64,000 bases of DNA from Candidatus Latescibacterota bacterium (GTDB lineage Bacteria > Latescibacterota > UBA2968 > GCA-2709665). The stretch is taken from positions 3,392,001-3,456,000 of the forward strand of contig OZ242358.1 of the NCBI GenBank assembly GCA_965208835.1, given 5' to 3'. Below the pieces are notes generated by a model. It did not search any database, was not told the DNA's origin, and worked only from the letters and a program-made list of their open reading frames with translations. Positions 9,510 through 19,800 of this stretch are shown here, piece after piece. Every line of letters begins with the position of its first letter. The first letter of the stretch is position 1. The translations under genes and the position numbers were made by a program.

Positions 9510-10412
9510 CTACAGAAACGCATCGAGCAACAGGGCGATCCAGAGCAGAGGCAGATAGACCAGCGTCGTTCGCAGCAGCCGTCTCGCGTTCTGCTCCGTC
9601 CGGGTTCTGGAAAACACGACAACATAAAGGACGAGGCATAACCCCGCCGCCGCTGCCACGGCCGCGTAGAGCAAACCGGTCATCCCCGCAAGCCACGGCA
9701 GAAAGGAAAAAACCAGCAGGATAGCGCCGTATATGCCGATCTGCGCTGCCGTCCTTCGTCCCGCCGGATCGTCGATGGAAACCATCTTGAATCCGCCGCG
9801 TTCGTAGTCGTCCCTGTAGATCCAGGCGATAGAGAAAAAATGAGGAAACTGCCACAGAAACAGAATGCCGAACAGCAGCCACGCGCCCCAGCCGATCTCC
9901 CCCTGCGCCGCGGCCCAGCCGCCCATCGGCGGCAATGCTCCGGCAACGGCGCCCACCGCGGTATTGTGCGTCGATCTTCGCTTCAACGGCGTATACATGA
10001 ACAGATAAATAACTGATGTCAACCCTGCCAGAAGGGCCGCCAACCAGTTGATCTGCAGCCCCATATAGAGGATACCGGTTCCGGACAGCAGCAGCCCGAA
10101 CAGATAGGCCTCTTCCGCATACAGACGACCGGCAGGAAGGGGCCGGTTCGCCGTGCGCTCCATCCTGGCATCCGGCTTCCGTTCCAGGAACTGGTTCAGT
10201 ACGGCCGATCCGCTCGCGACAAGGACGGTCGCCAGCAGCGTATGCAGGAGTCGAGTGGACTCGATGACGCCGGCCGCGCCCAGAACGAACCCGACCGTTG
10301 TACTCAATACGACAAAGACGGTGATTTTGGGCTTGGTGAGGGCCACGTAATCCATCAGGCGCGCCCACGACAATGCCACGTCCGCCGTCCCGGCCTCAAC
10401 CCGCGGTTTCAT
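9510..10412 (-). CDS. ctaB: protoheme IX farnesyltransferase (heme O synthase)
   Basis: LTKPKI, DARMERTANRPLPAG, YTPLKRR, WQFPHF. Confidence 0.95.
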   Translation of the reverse strand: MKPRVEAGTADVALSWARLMDYVALTKPKITVFVVLSTTVGFVLGAAGVIESTRLLHTLLATVLVASGSAVLNQFLERKPDARMERTANRPLPAGRLYAEEAYLFGLLLSGTGILYMGLQINWLAALLAGLTSVIYLFMYTPLKRRSTHNTAVGAVAGALPPMGGWAAAQGEIGWGAWLLFGILFLWQFPHFFSIAWIYRDDYERGGFKMVSIDDPAGRRTAAQIGIYGAILLVFSFLPWLAGMTGLLYAAVAAAAGLCLVLYVVVFSRTRTEQNARRLLRTTLVYLPLLWIALLLDAFL

Positions 10413-10433
10413 AAAAACAAAGTCCTCCAACGC

Positions 10434-11438
10434 TCAGTTTTCTACCTGCACCGTTGCGACCCTGGAATCTACTGCACCGCATATCCGCCATACGCGCAGC
10501 GTCAGCACCAGGCTGGTGGCAAGCACCGTCGCACCCACGACCACGTGTAACGTCGTGATTGCGACCGCCTTGCCCGTCCAGATCACCAGGGCCCCCAGCG
10601 CCAGTTGAACGACAAGCTGCGCCAACAAAGCCACGGAGGGCCTCGTCAGTTCGGGCCGGGATCCGTGGGCGCGCAGAACGCGGCACGCGGTCCAGACCAG
10701 AACGCCGGACACGACAACGGCCCACGCCCGATGGGCAAAGTGAATGGCAACACGTGTCCGGAACGTTTCGATTGAAATGGGAAACGGGTCCGTGGCGTCC
10801 ACAGTCAATTCGGAGAACGGCGGAATCAGGCGGCCGAAGGAAAGCGGAAAATCGGGAATGGCCAGGCCGGACTCGGTATGCCGCATCAGCGCGCCGAGGA
10901 CAAGCTGGATGAAAACCACCACCGTGCCGGCGGCGACCAGCCACTTCAGCGGCGCCCCGCCCGTCTCCGAAATCGGTTCCACCGCCGCCTGCCAGCCCGC
11001 CGACGTAAACAACGCGATGCCAACGGTAACACAGAAAAAGACTTGCGCCAGGCAGGCGTGACTTACGGAAATCCACGTGGGCAGGAGGTACAGAACCGTC
11101 AACCCGCCCAGCAGGCCCTGCAGAACAACCGCGGCCAGGGCTGCAACACCCAGGATTCGCAACCACCGCCGTTCTTCCCGCCGCCACAACCAGATGGCAA
11201 GAGCGGTCGTCAGGATCCCCACGAACGTCGCCACCATCCGGTGACCGTGTTCGTAGAAAATCCCGCCGATCATGGGCGGAAACACCATACCGTACGAAAG
11301 CGGCCAGTCAGGTACCGCCAACCCGGAGCCCGTACTGCTGACCATCGCACCGGCGAAAATTAAAAAAAGGGTGGCGCCGGCCGTGAACACGGAGAACCGG
11401 TGCAGCCAGCGATACCCCTTCGACATCGCGATATCCAT
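10434..11438 (-). CDS. ctaA: heme A synthase (COX15/CtaA)
   Basis: GSGLAVPDWP, FYEHGHR, QGLLGGLTV, HFAHR, TTLH. Confidence 0.9.
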   Translation of the reverse strand: MDIAMSKGYRWLHRFSVFTAGATLFLIFAGAMVSSTGSGLAVPDWPLSYGMVFPPMIGGIFYEHGHRMVATFVGILTTALAIWLWRREERRWLRILGVAALAAVVLQGLLGGLTVLYLLPTWISVSHACLAQVFFCVTVGIALFTSAGWQAAVEPISETGGAPLKWLVAAGTVVVFIQLVLGALMRHTESGLAIPDFPLSFGRLIPPFSELTVDATDPFPISIETFRTRVAIHFAHRAWAVVVSGVLVWTACRVLRAHGSRPELTRPSVALLAQLVVQLALGALVIWTGKAVAITTLHVVVGATVLATSLVLTLRVWRICGAVDSRVATVQVEN

Positions 11439-11466
11439 TTCCGTCCGGCTCACCCGCCAACCCCGG

Positions 11467-11757
11467 TCATTCCGCGTCGGCGGCAAGCCACTTGCCGTTC
11501 AAACCGGGCATTCCCGGCCGGCCCCGGGAATTATCCAGCGCGTTACCGAAACGTCGCGCCCGGCGCACCCAGAAGATCGTCACGCCCACAATTCCGACCA
11601 GCACGGACACGACAATCCCCATCAGCACCAGGACCCCCGCCGCAGCCCCCTTCGCCATATCGGATTCCGGATTCCCGTAACACACCGCGCATGCCCGAGC
11701 CACCTCGGGAATCATAACGCCAATGGCTACGGCCGCGGCAACGCAGGCGCGCCTCAC
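11467..11757 (-). CDS. small membrane protein with CxxC motif (oxidase-cluster associated)
   Basis: Signal-like N-terminus, ARA-CAVCYG, one TM helix, basic tail; GTG start overlaps upstream TGA. Confidence 0.6.
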   Translation of the reverse strand: MRRACVAAAVAIGVMIPEVARACAVCYGNPESDMAKGAAAGVLVLMGIVVSVLVGIVGVTIFWVRRARRFGNALDNSRGRPGMPGLNGKWLAADAE

Positions 11758-11960
11758 AGGTAACTCCATCCCTTGAGCTTTTTCAGAAACCAAAGGCCGT
11801 ACCAGACCAGGACGCCGCACCCGGCAAAGGAAGCGACGCCGAGTCCGAGATTCGTGCCGTTGCCCGTTGCGAGGTAGTCCTGAATCGCCCAGATGCCGAA
11901 ACCCAGACAGCACAGTACGGACACGGTGCCAAAGACCACGTGGAATGTTCTCAGAGACAT
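11754..11960 (-). CDS. small two-TM membrane protein
   Basis: MSLRTFHVVF... 68 aa, two hydrophobic helices, GGAG upstream, in operon. Confidence 0.65.
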   Translation of the reverse strand: MSLRTFHVVFGTVSVLCCLGFGIWAIQDYLATGNGTNLGLGVASFAGCGVLVWYGLWFLKKLKGWSYL

Positions 11961-11985
11961 TGGGTTCTCCGAATCTGGACTAACC

Positions 11986-12291
11986 CTACATTTCACCCAC
12001 GCCCGAAAATTCCGTAAATGAAGGCAGCAGCATCAGTAATACAAAAAAGGCGACCGTCACCGCCAGCACCCAGTAAATAATCTGTTTCTCGGAAACCAGA
12101 TGCATGAAATAGCCGGCGACCAGCCCGCCCTTGATACTCGCAATGAACAGTGCGATCAGGACCGTTACCGCAACCGACTCGATATGGAGATAGGAGACGG
12201 CGACCGTGACTACCGTCAGCACGGCCAGCGCGGCAAACACCAGAATGTAGACCCGAACATGCTTCCTGATCTCTTCAATGCTATCGGCCAT
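11986..12291 (-). CDS. cytochrome c oxidase subunit IV family protein
   Basis: YILVFAALAVLT...IASIKGGLVAGYFMHL (COX4_pro pattern). Confidence 0.85.
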   Translation of the reverse strand: MADSIEEIRKHVRVYILVFAALAVLTVVTVAVSYLHIESVAVTVLIALFIASIKGGLVAGYFMHLVSEKQIIYWVLAVTVAFFVLLMLLPSFTEFSGVGEM

Positions 12292-12301
12292 ACCAGGCTC
12301 C

Positions 12302-12901
12302 TTACAGCAAATAAAGTATCGGGAACAGAAAGATCCAGACCAGATCCACAAAGTGCCAGTAAAGTCCCGCACACTCGATCCGGTTGGCAAACTGCTCGGG
12401 GGCGGTATGCCAGAGCTTGCTTCCCGGGAACAGCAGGTAGACATTCACCACGATGCCGCCGATCACGTGCAGTCCGTGCAGGCCGGTCATCGTAAAATAC
12501 GTGGCGTAGAAGGTGCTGGTGGAAGGATAGATGCCGAGATGAAACTTGTGGGTGTATTCGAAGTATTTAACAACCAGGAATACGAACGAGAGCAACACCG
12601 TCAGGCCAAGATAAAGCTTGAACCTGCCGAAATTGTCCATTTTCAGGGATGCCCAGGACATAACCATGGTCACACTGGACGCGATGAGCACGAACGTATT
12701 CAGCGTGGCCAGCGGTACACTCAGCAGCTCCCAGCCATGAGGCCAGGTCGGCGCACCGACCCTGAGCAGCACCAGCGTTGAAAACAGTGCGCCAAACAGC
12801 ATGACCTCGGACGCCAGGAACAACCATATCCCGAATTTCCCGTTATACACCCCCGTAATGGGGTGCGGCTCCACCGTGTAGGGGATTTCTTCAACGGACA
12901 C
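12302..12901 (-). CDS. ctaE: cytochrome c oxidase subunit III (short form)
   Basis: FLASEVMLF, TGLHGLHV, YWHFVDLVW. Confidence 0.95.
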   Translation of the reverse strand: MSVEEIPYTVEPHPITGVYNGKFGIWLFLASEVMLFGALFSTLVLLRVGAPTWPHGWELLSVPLATLNTFVLIASSVTMVMSWASLKMDNFGRFKLYLGLTVLLSFVFLVVKYFEYTHKFHLGIYPSTSTFYATYFTMTGLHGLHVIGGIVVNVYLLFPGSKLWHTAPEQFANRIECAGLYWHFVDLVWIFLFPILYLL

Positions 12902-13159
12902 CGTTTATCTCCCTTAACCAGGATTCGTATGGTTTCGTGGACGTGAATTCGAACACGTTTGAGTTGACAAAGGCGATTAAACTGCGGATTACCAGGATAC
13001 ACCAGGTCACTAAACGTGAACGGTATAAATGTCTTTCTGGACGACCTCTACGCCCCGTTTTGGCAGTCTTCGTCGCGTTGCCGCGTTGCTGTTCTTGTTC
13101 ATTGAGGTTCGTTTTCTCGGACGGATGCCGGGGTTCCAACGTGCCCCCAAGCGGCGGGC

Positions 13160-14962
13160 CTAATCGTCGTCCGCCGGCGTTGGCGCCGGTTCGGGTTCGG
13201 GTTGGGCCACCTGCCCGTTTTCAGACGCGTATTGAGGCGTAAAGTCGCTCGAGGCACCGGGCACGCTGTATTCGTAAGGCCCCCGGTAGACCTTGGGCGC
13301 GACGGCGAAATTTCCGTGCGGCGGGGGCGTCGGCGTCGCCCACTCGAGCGTGGTGGCCTGCCATGGATTGTCCGACTCCACCTTCTTGCCCTTCCTGATA
13401 CTCATAAAGAAGTTGACGATGAAGAATATCTGAGCCAGCCCCAGCAGCCAGGCAGACCAGGAACTCATGGCCGTCAGGCCCTGTACCTGAGCCCCGTAGG
13501 CATATTGGGTCTGGTCGTAGAGACGCCTGGAAACTCCGGCCATCCCAACGAACAACATCGGCATGAAGATACCGTTCATGAAGACCAGACTCGACCAGAA
13601 ATGCAGCTTACCCAGGGCCTCGTTCATCATGCGGCCCGTCACCTTGGGGAACCAGTAATAGACACCTGCAAACAGCGCGAAAATCGTTCCCGGCGCCACC
13701 ACGTAGTGGAAGTGGCCGATCACGTAATACGTGTCGTGCAGATGCAGGTCCGAGGCCGTGAGGCCCAGCGGCAGCCCGGTCAACCCCCCGATGGCGAACA
13801 TGGGGATAAACGCCAGGCAGAACAGCATGGGAACCGTAAACCGGATGGACCCGCCATGGAGGCTCAGCGCGAATGCGGTCAGGATGATTACCGACGGAAT
13901 GGAGATAATCATGGTTGTGGCCTGGAAGAATGTACTGATTGTCGTCCCCATCCCGGTCATGAACATGTGATGCGCCCACACGATAAACGACATGAAACCC
14001 AGAAAGACAATCGAGTAGACCAGCGTGCGATATCCCCACAGCGGCCGGCGCGTGTTGTTGGCCACGATCTCGCCTACGATGCCCATCGCCGGAAGAATCA
14101 GCACGTAGACTTCGGGGTGCGCGAGAAACCAGAACAGGTGCTGCCACAACAGCGGGCTTCCGCCGCCGCTCACCTCTAGCGGCTGTCCTGTGACCACCAG
14201 GCCGCTCGGCATAAAAAAGCTGGTACCCGCGATCCTGTCCATGAGTTGCAGGACCCCAGCGGCTTCTAGCGGCGGGAACGCCAGCAGCAGCAGAAACGCC
14301 GTCACAAACTGCGCCCACACGAAAAATGGCAGGCGGAAAAAGGTCAGGCCCTCGGCCCTCATCTGCACGGTCGTCACGATGAAGTTCACCGAACCCAGTA
14401 ACGACGACGTGATCAGGGCCACCATGCCCCATAGCCACCAGGTCTGCCCCGTCGGTGCGATGACGGCCAGCGGTGGATAGGAGGTCCAGCCGGACTGTGC
14501 CGCGCCTTCCGGAACGAAAAAGCTGGCCAGCATAATGACGCCGCCCACGAAGAACACCCAGTAACTGGCCATGTTGAGCTTGGGAAACGCCATATCAGGC
14601 GCACCGATCTGGAGAGGCAGCACGTAATTCCCGAATCCGCCCACGGCCAGCGGAACAACACCCAGAAAGACCATGATTGTGCCGTGCATCGCACCCAACT
14701 GATTGTAAAACTCGGGCACCATGATCCCTTCCGGCATATTTATCGCGCCGAACAACTTCCCGATCCAGGGCATCGGCTGTCCGGGATAGGCCAGTTGCCA
14801 ACGCATCATCATCATCAGGCAGAAGCCGAAAAACAGAAAAAACAGGGCGGTGACCGCGTACTGAATGCCGATGACCTTGTGGTCGATGGAAAAAACGTAC
14901 TTGCGCCAGTAGCTCAATTCGTGGTGTCCATGATCACCGTGCGCTTGCTCAGCCATAAACAA
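13160..14962 (-). CDS. ctaD: cytochrome c oxidase subunit I (A-type)
   Basis: DHKVIG, HGTIMVF, PDMAFP, AHPEVY, WAHHMF, HDTYYVIGHFHYV. Confidence 0.97.
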   Translation of the reverse strand: MFMAEQAHGDHGHHELSYWRKYVFSIDHKVIGIQYAVTALFFLFFGFCLMMMMRWQLAYPGQPMPWIGKLFGAINMPEGIMVPEFYNQLGAMHGTIMVFLGVVPLAVGGFGNYVLPLQIGAPDMAFPKLNMASYWVFFVGGVIMLASFFVPEGAAQSGWTSYPPLAVIAPTGQTWWLWGMVALITSSLLGSVNFIVTTVQMRAEGLTFFRLPFFVWAQFVTAFLLLLAFPPLEAAGVLQLMDRIAGTSFFMPSGLVVTGQPLEVSGGGSPLLWQHLFWFLAHPEVYVLILPAMGIVGEIVANNTRRPLWGYRTLVYSIVFLGFMSFIVWAHHMFMTGMGTTISTFFQATTMIISIPSVIILTAFALSLHGGSIRFTVPMLFCLAFIPMFAIGGLTGLPLGLTASDLHLHDTYYVIGHFHYVVAPGTIFALFAGVYYWFPKVTGRMMNEALGKLHFWSSLVFMNGIFMPMLFVGMAGVSRRLYDQTQYAYGAQVQGLTAMSSWSAWLLGLAQIFFIVNFFMSIRKGKKVESDNPWQATTLEWATPTPPPHGNFAVAPKVYRGPYEYSVPGASSDFTPQYASENGQVAQPEPEPAPTPADDD

Positions 14963-14968
14963 GGCTCC

Positions 14969-15739
14969 TTAGAAGGAAAAATCGTCTTCTTCGTCCGCGG
15001 CGCCGGACTGCTCGTCGAACCAGGCCTGAAACGTCTCCTCCGACTCAACCGTCAACTGCCCGCGCATGCGGTAGTGCCCCAGTCCGCATAGCTGGGCGCA
15101 GGCGATGTCGAATGTTCCGGTTCTGGTCGCCTCGAACCAGATCCTGATGTCCTGGCCCGGAATCGCATCCTGCGTCAGGCGCATCACGGGGATTTTGAAA
15201 CTGTGAATGACATCCTTCGACGAAATGTGCGCAATGACGGGTCTGTCCTTCACAATGTGCAGATTGTTGATGGCATTGAAATCGTCGCTGCCGTCAGGAT
15301 CGTCGGGATCCAGGCCCAGCAGATTGTCAGCACTGACGAATTCGGGTGCCGTCCGTCCGAATTTTCCGTCTTTCCCGGAGTAATGAATATTCCAGGCAAA
15401 CTGCTCGGGTACCACCCGCACCACAAGCGCGTCGGATTCGTCGGGAAACGCGTGTTTGAAGTCGGCCCAGAGCGGCATGGACAGTCCCACAAGCAGTACG
15501 GCCTCGACGACGATCACGCCGTACTCCACGTATTTGGCGGTTTTTCCCTTGACGGGATCGTAGTTCGCGTCAGGGTTTGCCCTTCTCCGGTAGCGGACAA
15601 GGCAGTAGACGAAGAAGACGCCCCAACCCAGAAACAGGGCAATCATAAACACATGCAGCCAATTGATCAGCCAATCCACGGTTGCGCCGTGGGTTGAGAT
15701 GTCAATTGGCAGCCAGTAACCGTACACCTTTTCTTGCAT
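14969..15739 (-). CDS. ctaC: cytochrome c oxidase subunit II (CuA, no fused cytochrome c)
   Basis: DVIHSF and CAQLCGLGHYRM CuA ligands; two TM helices. Confidence 0.95.
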   Translation of the reverse strand: MQEKVYGYWLPIDISTHGATVDWLINWLHVFMIALFLGWGVFFVYCLVRYRRRANPDANYDPVKGKTAKYVEYGVIVVEAVLLVGLSMPLWADFKHAFPDESDALVVRVVPEQFAWNIHYSGKDGKFGRTAPEFVSADNLLGLDPDDPDGSDDFNAINNLHIVKDRPVIAHISSKDVIHSFKIPVMRLTQDAIPGQDIRIWFEATRTGTFDIACAQLCGLGHYRMRGQLTVESEETFQAWFDEQSGAADEEDDFSF

Positions 15740-15757
15740 TCGGGACCCCTCCCGTAT

Positions 15758-15835
15758 CAGTCCTTTAAAAAACCACTCGGGCTGCCTGACAAGGCTTCAC
15801 CGGCAGGCCTGCGGAGCAGCTTTTTTAACGGACTG
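15758..15835. repeat. MITE family A short copy
   Basis: TIRs CAGTCCTTTAAAAAA / TTTTTTAACGGACTG. Confidence 0.65.
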
Positions 15836-15894
15836 CAATATTCACCGGGTGGACCCGACATTCCACCCGGCACTGTCAATCCGTAGGATTGCGC

Positions 15895-16641
15895 CTACTT
15901 CTTCTTTCTCGGCTTGATCTTGAACATGAAGTCCACGGATTTGGACTCGCCGTCGGCGACTGTAACTTCCTGCGTCATCGTGCCCAGCCGCTCGCTTTCG
16001 TGCCACGCCTCGATCGTGTATGTTCCCGCCGGCAGCCCCGCGATCTCGAATTTGCCACCCTCGCCGCTGACGGCGAAGAACGGGTGATCCATCACGCCGA
16101 TATAGGACTGCATCCAGGGATGCACATCGCACTTGACCGGTACCATCACCTCCGCATTTGCGAACGAAATGCTGGTCTTCTTCATGAACTTCGGCATCGC
16201 TTTGTTGATTTCAGCCGAGTTCTGCGGCTTCGGGTGGATATTGTGGAGGGTCCCGTCGCTGTTCAGCACCGTGATCGGTTGCCCGGCCCTGACGCCCATA
16301 ACGTGGGGCACATAAATACAGCCCTGCTGGTCCAGAACGGCAGGTTCGGAAGGCGTGTCGAACTTTCTGCCCTCCAGACCCTTCTTGACGTAAACGAACA
16401 CGTTGTGCAGGCCACCGTCGTCTTCCGCCACCACGACTTCGCTCCGCGCTGGTGCGTCTGGGTGCTTCCCGGCGCAGACCGGATCGGCCGCCATCTGGAT
16501 TTTCTTGCGGCCAGGTTTCTTGCCGCCGGGCAGTTCCAGTTTGATGGTTCCGGAAACCGTCGCGCCCGCCACCGCGTCGCCGGACGCGAAACAGGCGAAA
16601 CTCAGCGCTACGAGCGTTGCGACAAAACCGTGTCGTTTCAT
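15895..16641 (-). CDS. exported cupredoxin-like / carboxypeptidase-regulatory-like domain protein
   Basis: Signal peptide; LDQQGCIYVPHV, HNIH and KCDVHPWM motifs; GKFEIAGLPAGTYTIEAWHE. Confidence 0.75.
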   Translation of the reverse strand: MKRHGFVATLVALSFACFASGDAVAGATVSGTIKLELPGGKKPGRKKIQMAADPVCAGKHPDAPARSEVVVAEDDGGLHNVFVYVKKGLEGRKFDTPSEPAVLDQQGCIYVPHVMGVRAGQPITVLNSDGTLHNIHPKPQNSAEINKAMPKFMKKTSISFANAEVMVPVKCDVHPWMQSYIGVMDHPFFAVSGEGGKFEIAGLPAGTYTIEAWHESERLGTMTQEVTVADGESKSVDFMFKIKPRKKK

Positions 16642-16667
16642 CTTCTACATCCCCTCTCTTCTTCATT

Positions 16668-16712
16668 AGAAGCTGTCTTAAAATTCCCAGCGGTCATATT
16701 AAAACAGCTTCT
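16668..16712. repeat. MITE family B minimal copy (both TIRs, 45 bp)
   Basis: AGAAGCTGTCTTAAAAT...ATATTAAAACAGCTTCT. Confidence 0.65.
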
Positions 16713-16804
16713 TGTGGTTGCAGTTTGCCTGCCGGATCCCTGTTGCCAGGCGCCGGCTGACGTTCCTCTATTATTTCCAATCGTAAAGACGGCCTGAGTT
16801 CCAA

Positions 16805-19800
16805 CTATCGTCTGGTGAGCCGGGAATCCTGATGGAGGCCGTGGATGATGTAATCCGTAAGCGCCTCGATGACCACGTCAGTCGGCAGAACGAGAAAACC
16901 GTCCTCCGGCTTGACCCCCTCGGGCAGCTTCAGATAGGCGGCCATTTCCTCGGGAAGGTACGTCATTTCTTCGCCGAAGAACGTGGGCATCTTGGTGCCC
17001 GGCTGAAGCTTCTGCGGATCCCACAGCCAGTCCCTGATCCACGCCTGTTTCAACCGCTCCCTACCCAGCTTCAGGTCGGGCGCCCAGCTTGCCGGGTCGC
17101 CCGTGGGCTTGATATCGCCCTGCTGGTGGCAGGTGAAACAGTTGTAGATGTCCTGACTGAACAGTTTTCTTGCACCGATCATCTCTTTTGAATTCAACCG
17201 TTTATGTACAAAAGTCGCGTACGGAAACTGTTCCTTGTCCAGTCGGGAAAAATAGGTGACCAGGTCGATGGCGTGCTGGTCTTCGAAGCCGAACGTGGGC
17301 ATCCGCGTCTCGAGCCAGGGCCGGATTGGCTCCACATTCTTCAGGAAAGCGAAGAACCAGTCCGGCTGGACTTTCCTGCCTTCGCCGTTCAGGGACGGCG
17401 GCACGTAGCCCTCGGCGTCGGACGCGGAGACTTCCTCGGCACCGTAAGCCTTCACGAGAGGATCCCGGATCGCCCCGCCCTGGTTCTCCACAACGTGGCA
17501 CCCTTTGCAATTCCTGTCGTATACCAGCCAGCGTCCCTTCTCGATGTCGACTTCGTCGGGCTCCAGGCGTTTGACCGCATCGGTGCCCACCTGGCTCCGG
17601 TTCAGGCTCAACAGCGCTGTCGTCAACGCGTGCGCGTCTGCATCGCTCAGGCCGAACTGCGGCATACGCAGCTTGTCGTCGAACTGCCTTACTTTGCCCT
17701 TGTCGAAGACACGGGGCTGTTTGAGCTTCTTGAAGAGCCAGTCGTGACGCGTGTAGGGAATGGCGTCCGGATCGGTGTTGTAGGCGCCAGGTTTCCTGGC
17801 CAGCAGACCGAAATCCAGCTTGTCCACGTCCTTGCTGCCTTGCTCGGTCAACTCCGTGCCGATGGGCTGGGTATCTTCGAATCCGGGAATGAGATGGCAT
17901 CCGAAGCAGCCTTGCCGGGAGATGATCTTTTCACCCAGCCAGATGTCCCGCTCGTGACTCGACATCTCAGCCAGTTGCAGCTTCGCGGTCTTCACGGGCA
18001 ACCGGCTTCGCAGATAATTCAGGACCAGGTCGTCGCGCACCTGCGCGTCCACCGCGGCCACCTGCCGGGCTTCAAACTCCGTATTCCGAAGCGTCAGCAG
18101 ATACGCCGATATGTCTGCCGCCTCACGGTCGGTCAACCTCAGATTCGGCATGCGCGTGTCCGGGAAATAGGCCGTGGGATCCTTCAACCACGCGTAAAGC
18201 CAGCCCTCGGACAGCTTGCTGCCCACGTCGTTCAGGTTCGGCCCGAAATTCCGGAGTCCATATTCCTGGCCCAGACGGTCGTCTGCGCCCACCACGTGGC
18301 AGGCCTTGCAACCCACCATTTCGACGAGTCGCTCGCCCCGCCCGGCATCGCCTTGTACCGGCGGCGACGGGTATTCGGGCCGCTCGGACTTCTCGAAGAT
18401 ATACGACACAACGGCATTGACCGCGGCCGTATTGCGCGCGATATCCTCCGGCCCGCTCACGTTGGCCAGATCGAAGATCTTGGGCATCTTGGTGGTTGGC
18501 CGGAACCCCTTGGGATCCCGGACCCACTTGATGGCCCAGTTTCGATCCAGCTTGCCTGCCGCCTTTCGCAGGTCCGGCCCGACCTTCCGCTGATCCTGCA
18601 GGGTATGTTTCGCGATTTTGTGGCAGCCGGCACACCCCAGCGTACGAACGAGATGGAGGCCGCGATTCAGCCGGTCCGCTTCAGGGACGTCCACAACGCC
18701 CGCGTGGCACTGGGCGCACGAAGCTTCCACGTAGCGGCCGGGCAGCATGGGGTGGTCCCAATACTTCATCTTCTTCCAGCCGTACAGCTTCTTCCAGCGG
18801 GCAGCCTCGACGTCGTCGCTCGGGGTATGGGCCGTATTCTTGAACGTCACGCCCCGATCCCTTCCGAGGTGACAGGTGGTGCATCCGGACTCGGAGAGGG
18901 GATGGGGAGAGCCGCTGCTCAGGAAGAGGTCCAGTCTCGGATGTGTGGCGAACGTCCTGGTGCGCCCAAGCCGGACGTCGTCTTCCGCGTAGACCGTTTC
19001 CATGTAGGTTTTCAGCGTCTCATCCTTGAACCAGCCGGTTTCCGGATCGAGCTCGTAACCCGGTCGATCGATGTTCACGTGGCAGGTTGTACAGCGGTCC
19101 ACCCGGGGAACCCGGGTAAAGTTGAGCTCGTTTCTCAGGTCGGCCAGAACGACCTGCCTGACCTTGATGGAAGGATCGATAAAATCGACCATCGGCAGGT
19201 TTCGGAACACGTTTGGGAAACTGGGAACGAGACCCGTCAGCTTTCGCCTCAGGTTATCTTCATCCTTGTGTAGCGCGCGACGACGGGACTCCAGGGCCTG
19301 TCGCTGCCCGGCCACTTCGTCGATGATCTTCTGCTGCGCCTTCTGCTTTTCCTCCACGGCCTCCCTGGTCAGCCGGAACTCGTACATCCGGGCTTCCATG
19401 GCTTTCATCTCGGCCTTTTTCTCTGCCGCCGTTTCGTCATGCCCGGCTTTGGCAGCGTCTTCATACTCAAACTTCGCCACATCGTACATCGCTTTTTCAA
19501 ACTTAAGCCTCTGATCGGCGCTGTACCACTCCGCCTGAGTGAGGCGCTTCAATTCGGTCGTCGCCGCGCCCACACGTTCCTGGTGTGCCCGAATCGAGGC
19601 CTCTATTCCCGCGAGTTCATCCTCAATCGCCTTCAGCGCGCCCTGATCGACGTTCTGCTTTGCCAGCTCGATTTCGGCTTCGGTCTTGAACGCCTCCAGC
19701 GCCATCGCTTCCTTCTGAAAACCCTTCCATTCGCGGTCGTAGTCATCCCAGACCATCCAGATTACGGACAGAACCAGCACCACGCTGGACAGGGCGAAAA

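Noticed and set aside
17204-19273. 689-aa plus-strand ORF (also 13202..14179, 28395..30191, 40949..42352, 46000..47802)
   Set aside because: Antisense shadows of well-supported genes in high-GC DNA; no recognisable motifs.
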